The notes under the pieces: generated by a model
Seen by the model: only the letters and a program-made list of their open reading frames with translations
What the model was told of the DNA's origin: nothing
Database searches by the model: none
Assembly: GCF_001194135.2 (NCBI RefSeq)
Contig: NC_068989.1
Location: forward strand, 94,314,659 to 94,378,658
Direction: 5' to 3'
Length of the DNA stretch: 64,000 bases
Source: Octopus bimaculoides
Taxonomy: Eukaryota
Shown here: piece by piece, positions 63,660 through 64,000 of the stretch
How positions within the stretch are numbered: position 1 is the stretch's first letter
Layout of the letters: every line of letters starts with the position of its first letter
Translations under genes and position numbers: made by a program

Positions 63660-64000
63660 CTCTCTGTGAAAGTATCTGTCACTACAGTATCGAAATTTGA
63701 TTGTTTCAGTTAGTGGAATAGTTTCATTTTTAAAGTGAAAGTATTTGACATGAGTGTTTTTGTTTCACTTTTGACACGTAATACTTAAATAGTGGAGGAG
63801 ATATTATGTTGCCGTGTGCTCGAACTCTGCAAGAAGTTAATAATTTTTTTTGAGTAAAACACAACTGGAACCCTAAGTAAGGCATGTGTAAAATTTGAAT
63901 GAAATTGGTTGCGTAGTTCTCGAGTTTTAGGGATTCACACAGACAGACAGACAGACAGACAGACATACAGACAGACAGACACACATTCTCATTTTTATAT
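63660..64000 (-). mobile_element. Non-autonomous Helitron-like element with (CTGT)n near its 5' end, running off the window
   Basis: Minus strand atataaaaatgagaatgtgtgtctgtctg...aactacgcaaccaatttcattcaaattttacac, the typical 5' layout of invertebrate non-autonomous Helitrons. Confidence 0.65.

Noticed and set aside
1674-63700. Long ORFs containing X runs (e.g. 1674-2519, 16858-17865, 31550-32395, 62911-63669)
   Set aside because: They stay open only because they cross N gaps and flanking microsatellites.

Overview
AT-rich eukaryotic genomic DNA, most likely an octopus (cephalopod) draft scaffold. That is an inference from the very dense (TA)n/(TG)n/(AG)n/(AAT)n microsatellites, the microsatellite-flanked N gaps and the tRNA-derived SINE families. 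No intact protein-coding gene was found; most long ORFs in the supplied track are artefacts of N gaps or microsatellites. The main signal is in the apparently unique DNA: read on the minus strand across stops and frameshifts, at least about 12 separate segments along the whole window match domains of the PDZ-GEF Rap activator RAPGEF2/RAPGEF6 (CNB-like, REM, PDZ, RA, RasGEF/CDC25). They lie in correct domain order, all on the minus strand, with no intron-sized gaps other than recognisable TE or microsatellite insertions. This looks like a decayed tandem array of intronless RAPGEF2/6 retrocopies. All RAPGEF2 reference motifs are quoted from memory of the human protein and aligned by eye, not by database search. 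Interleaved are Penelope-like remnants, HERO and R4/Dong RLE-type LINE remnants, an RTE fragment, mariner and maT-like DNA transposons, several SINE families, non-autonomous Helitrons, and a composite tRNA-head/(AAT)n/hammerhead-ribozyme repeat arranged as nested inverted repeats. Element boundaries are approximate unless stated.
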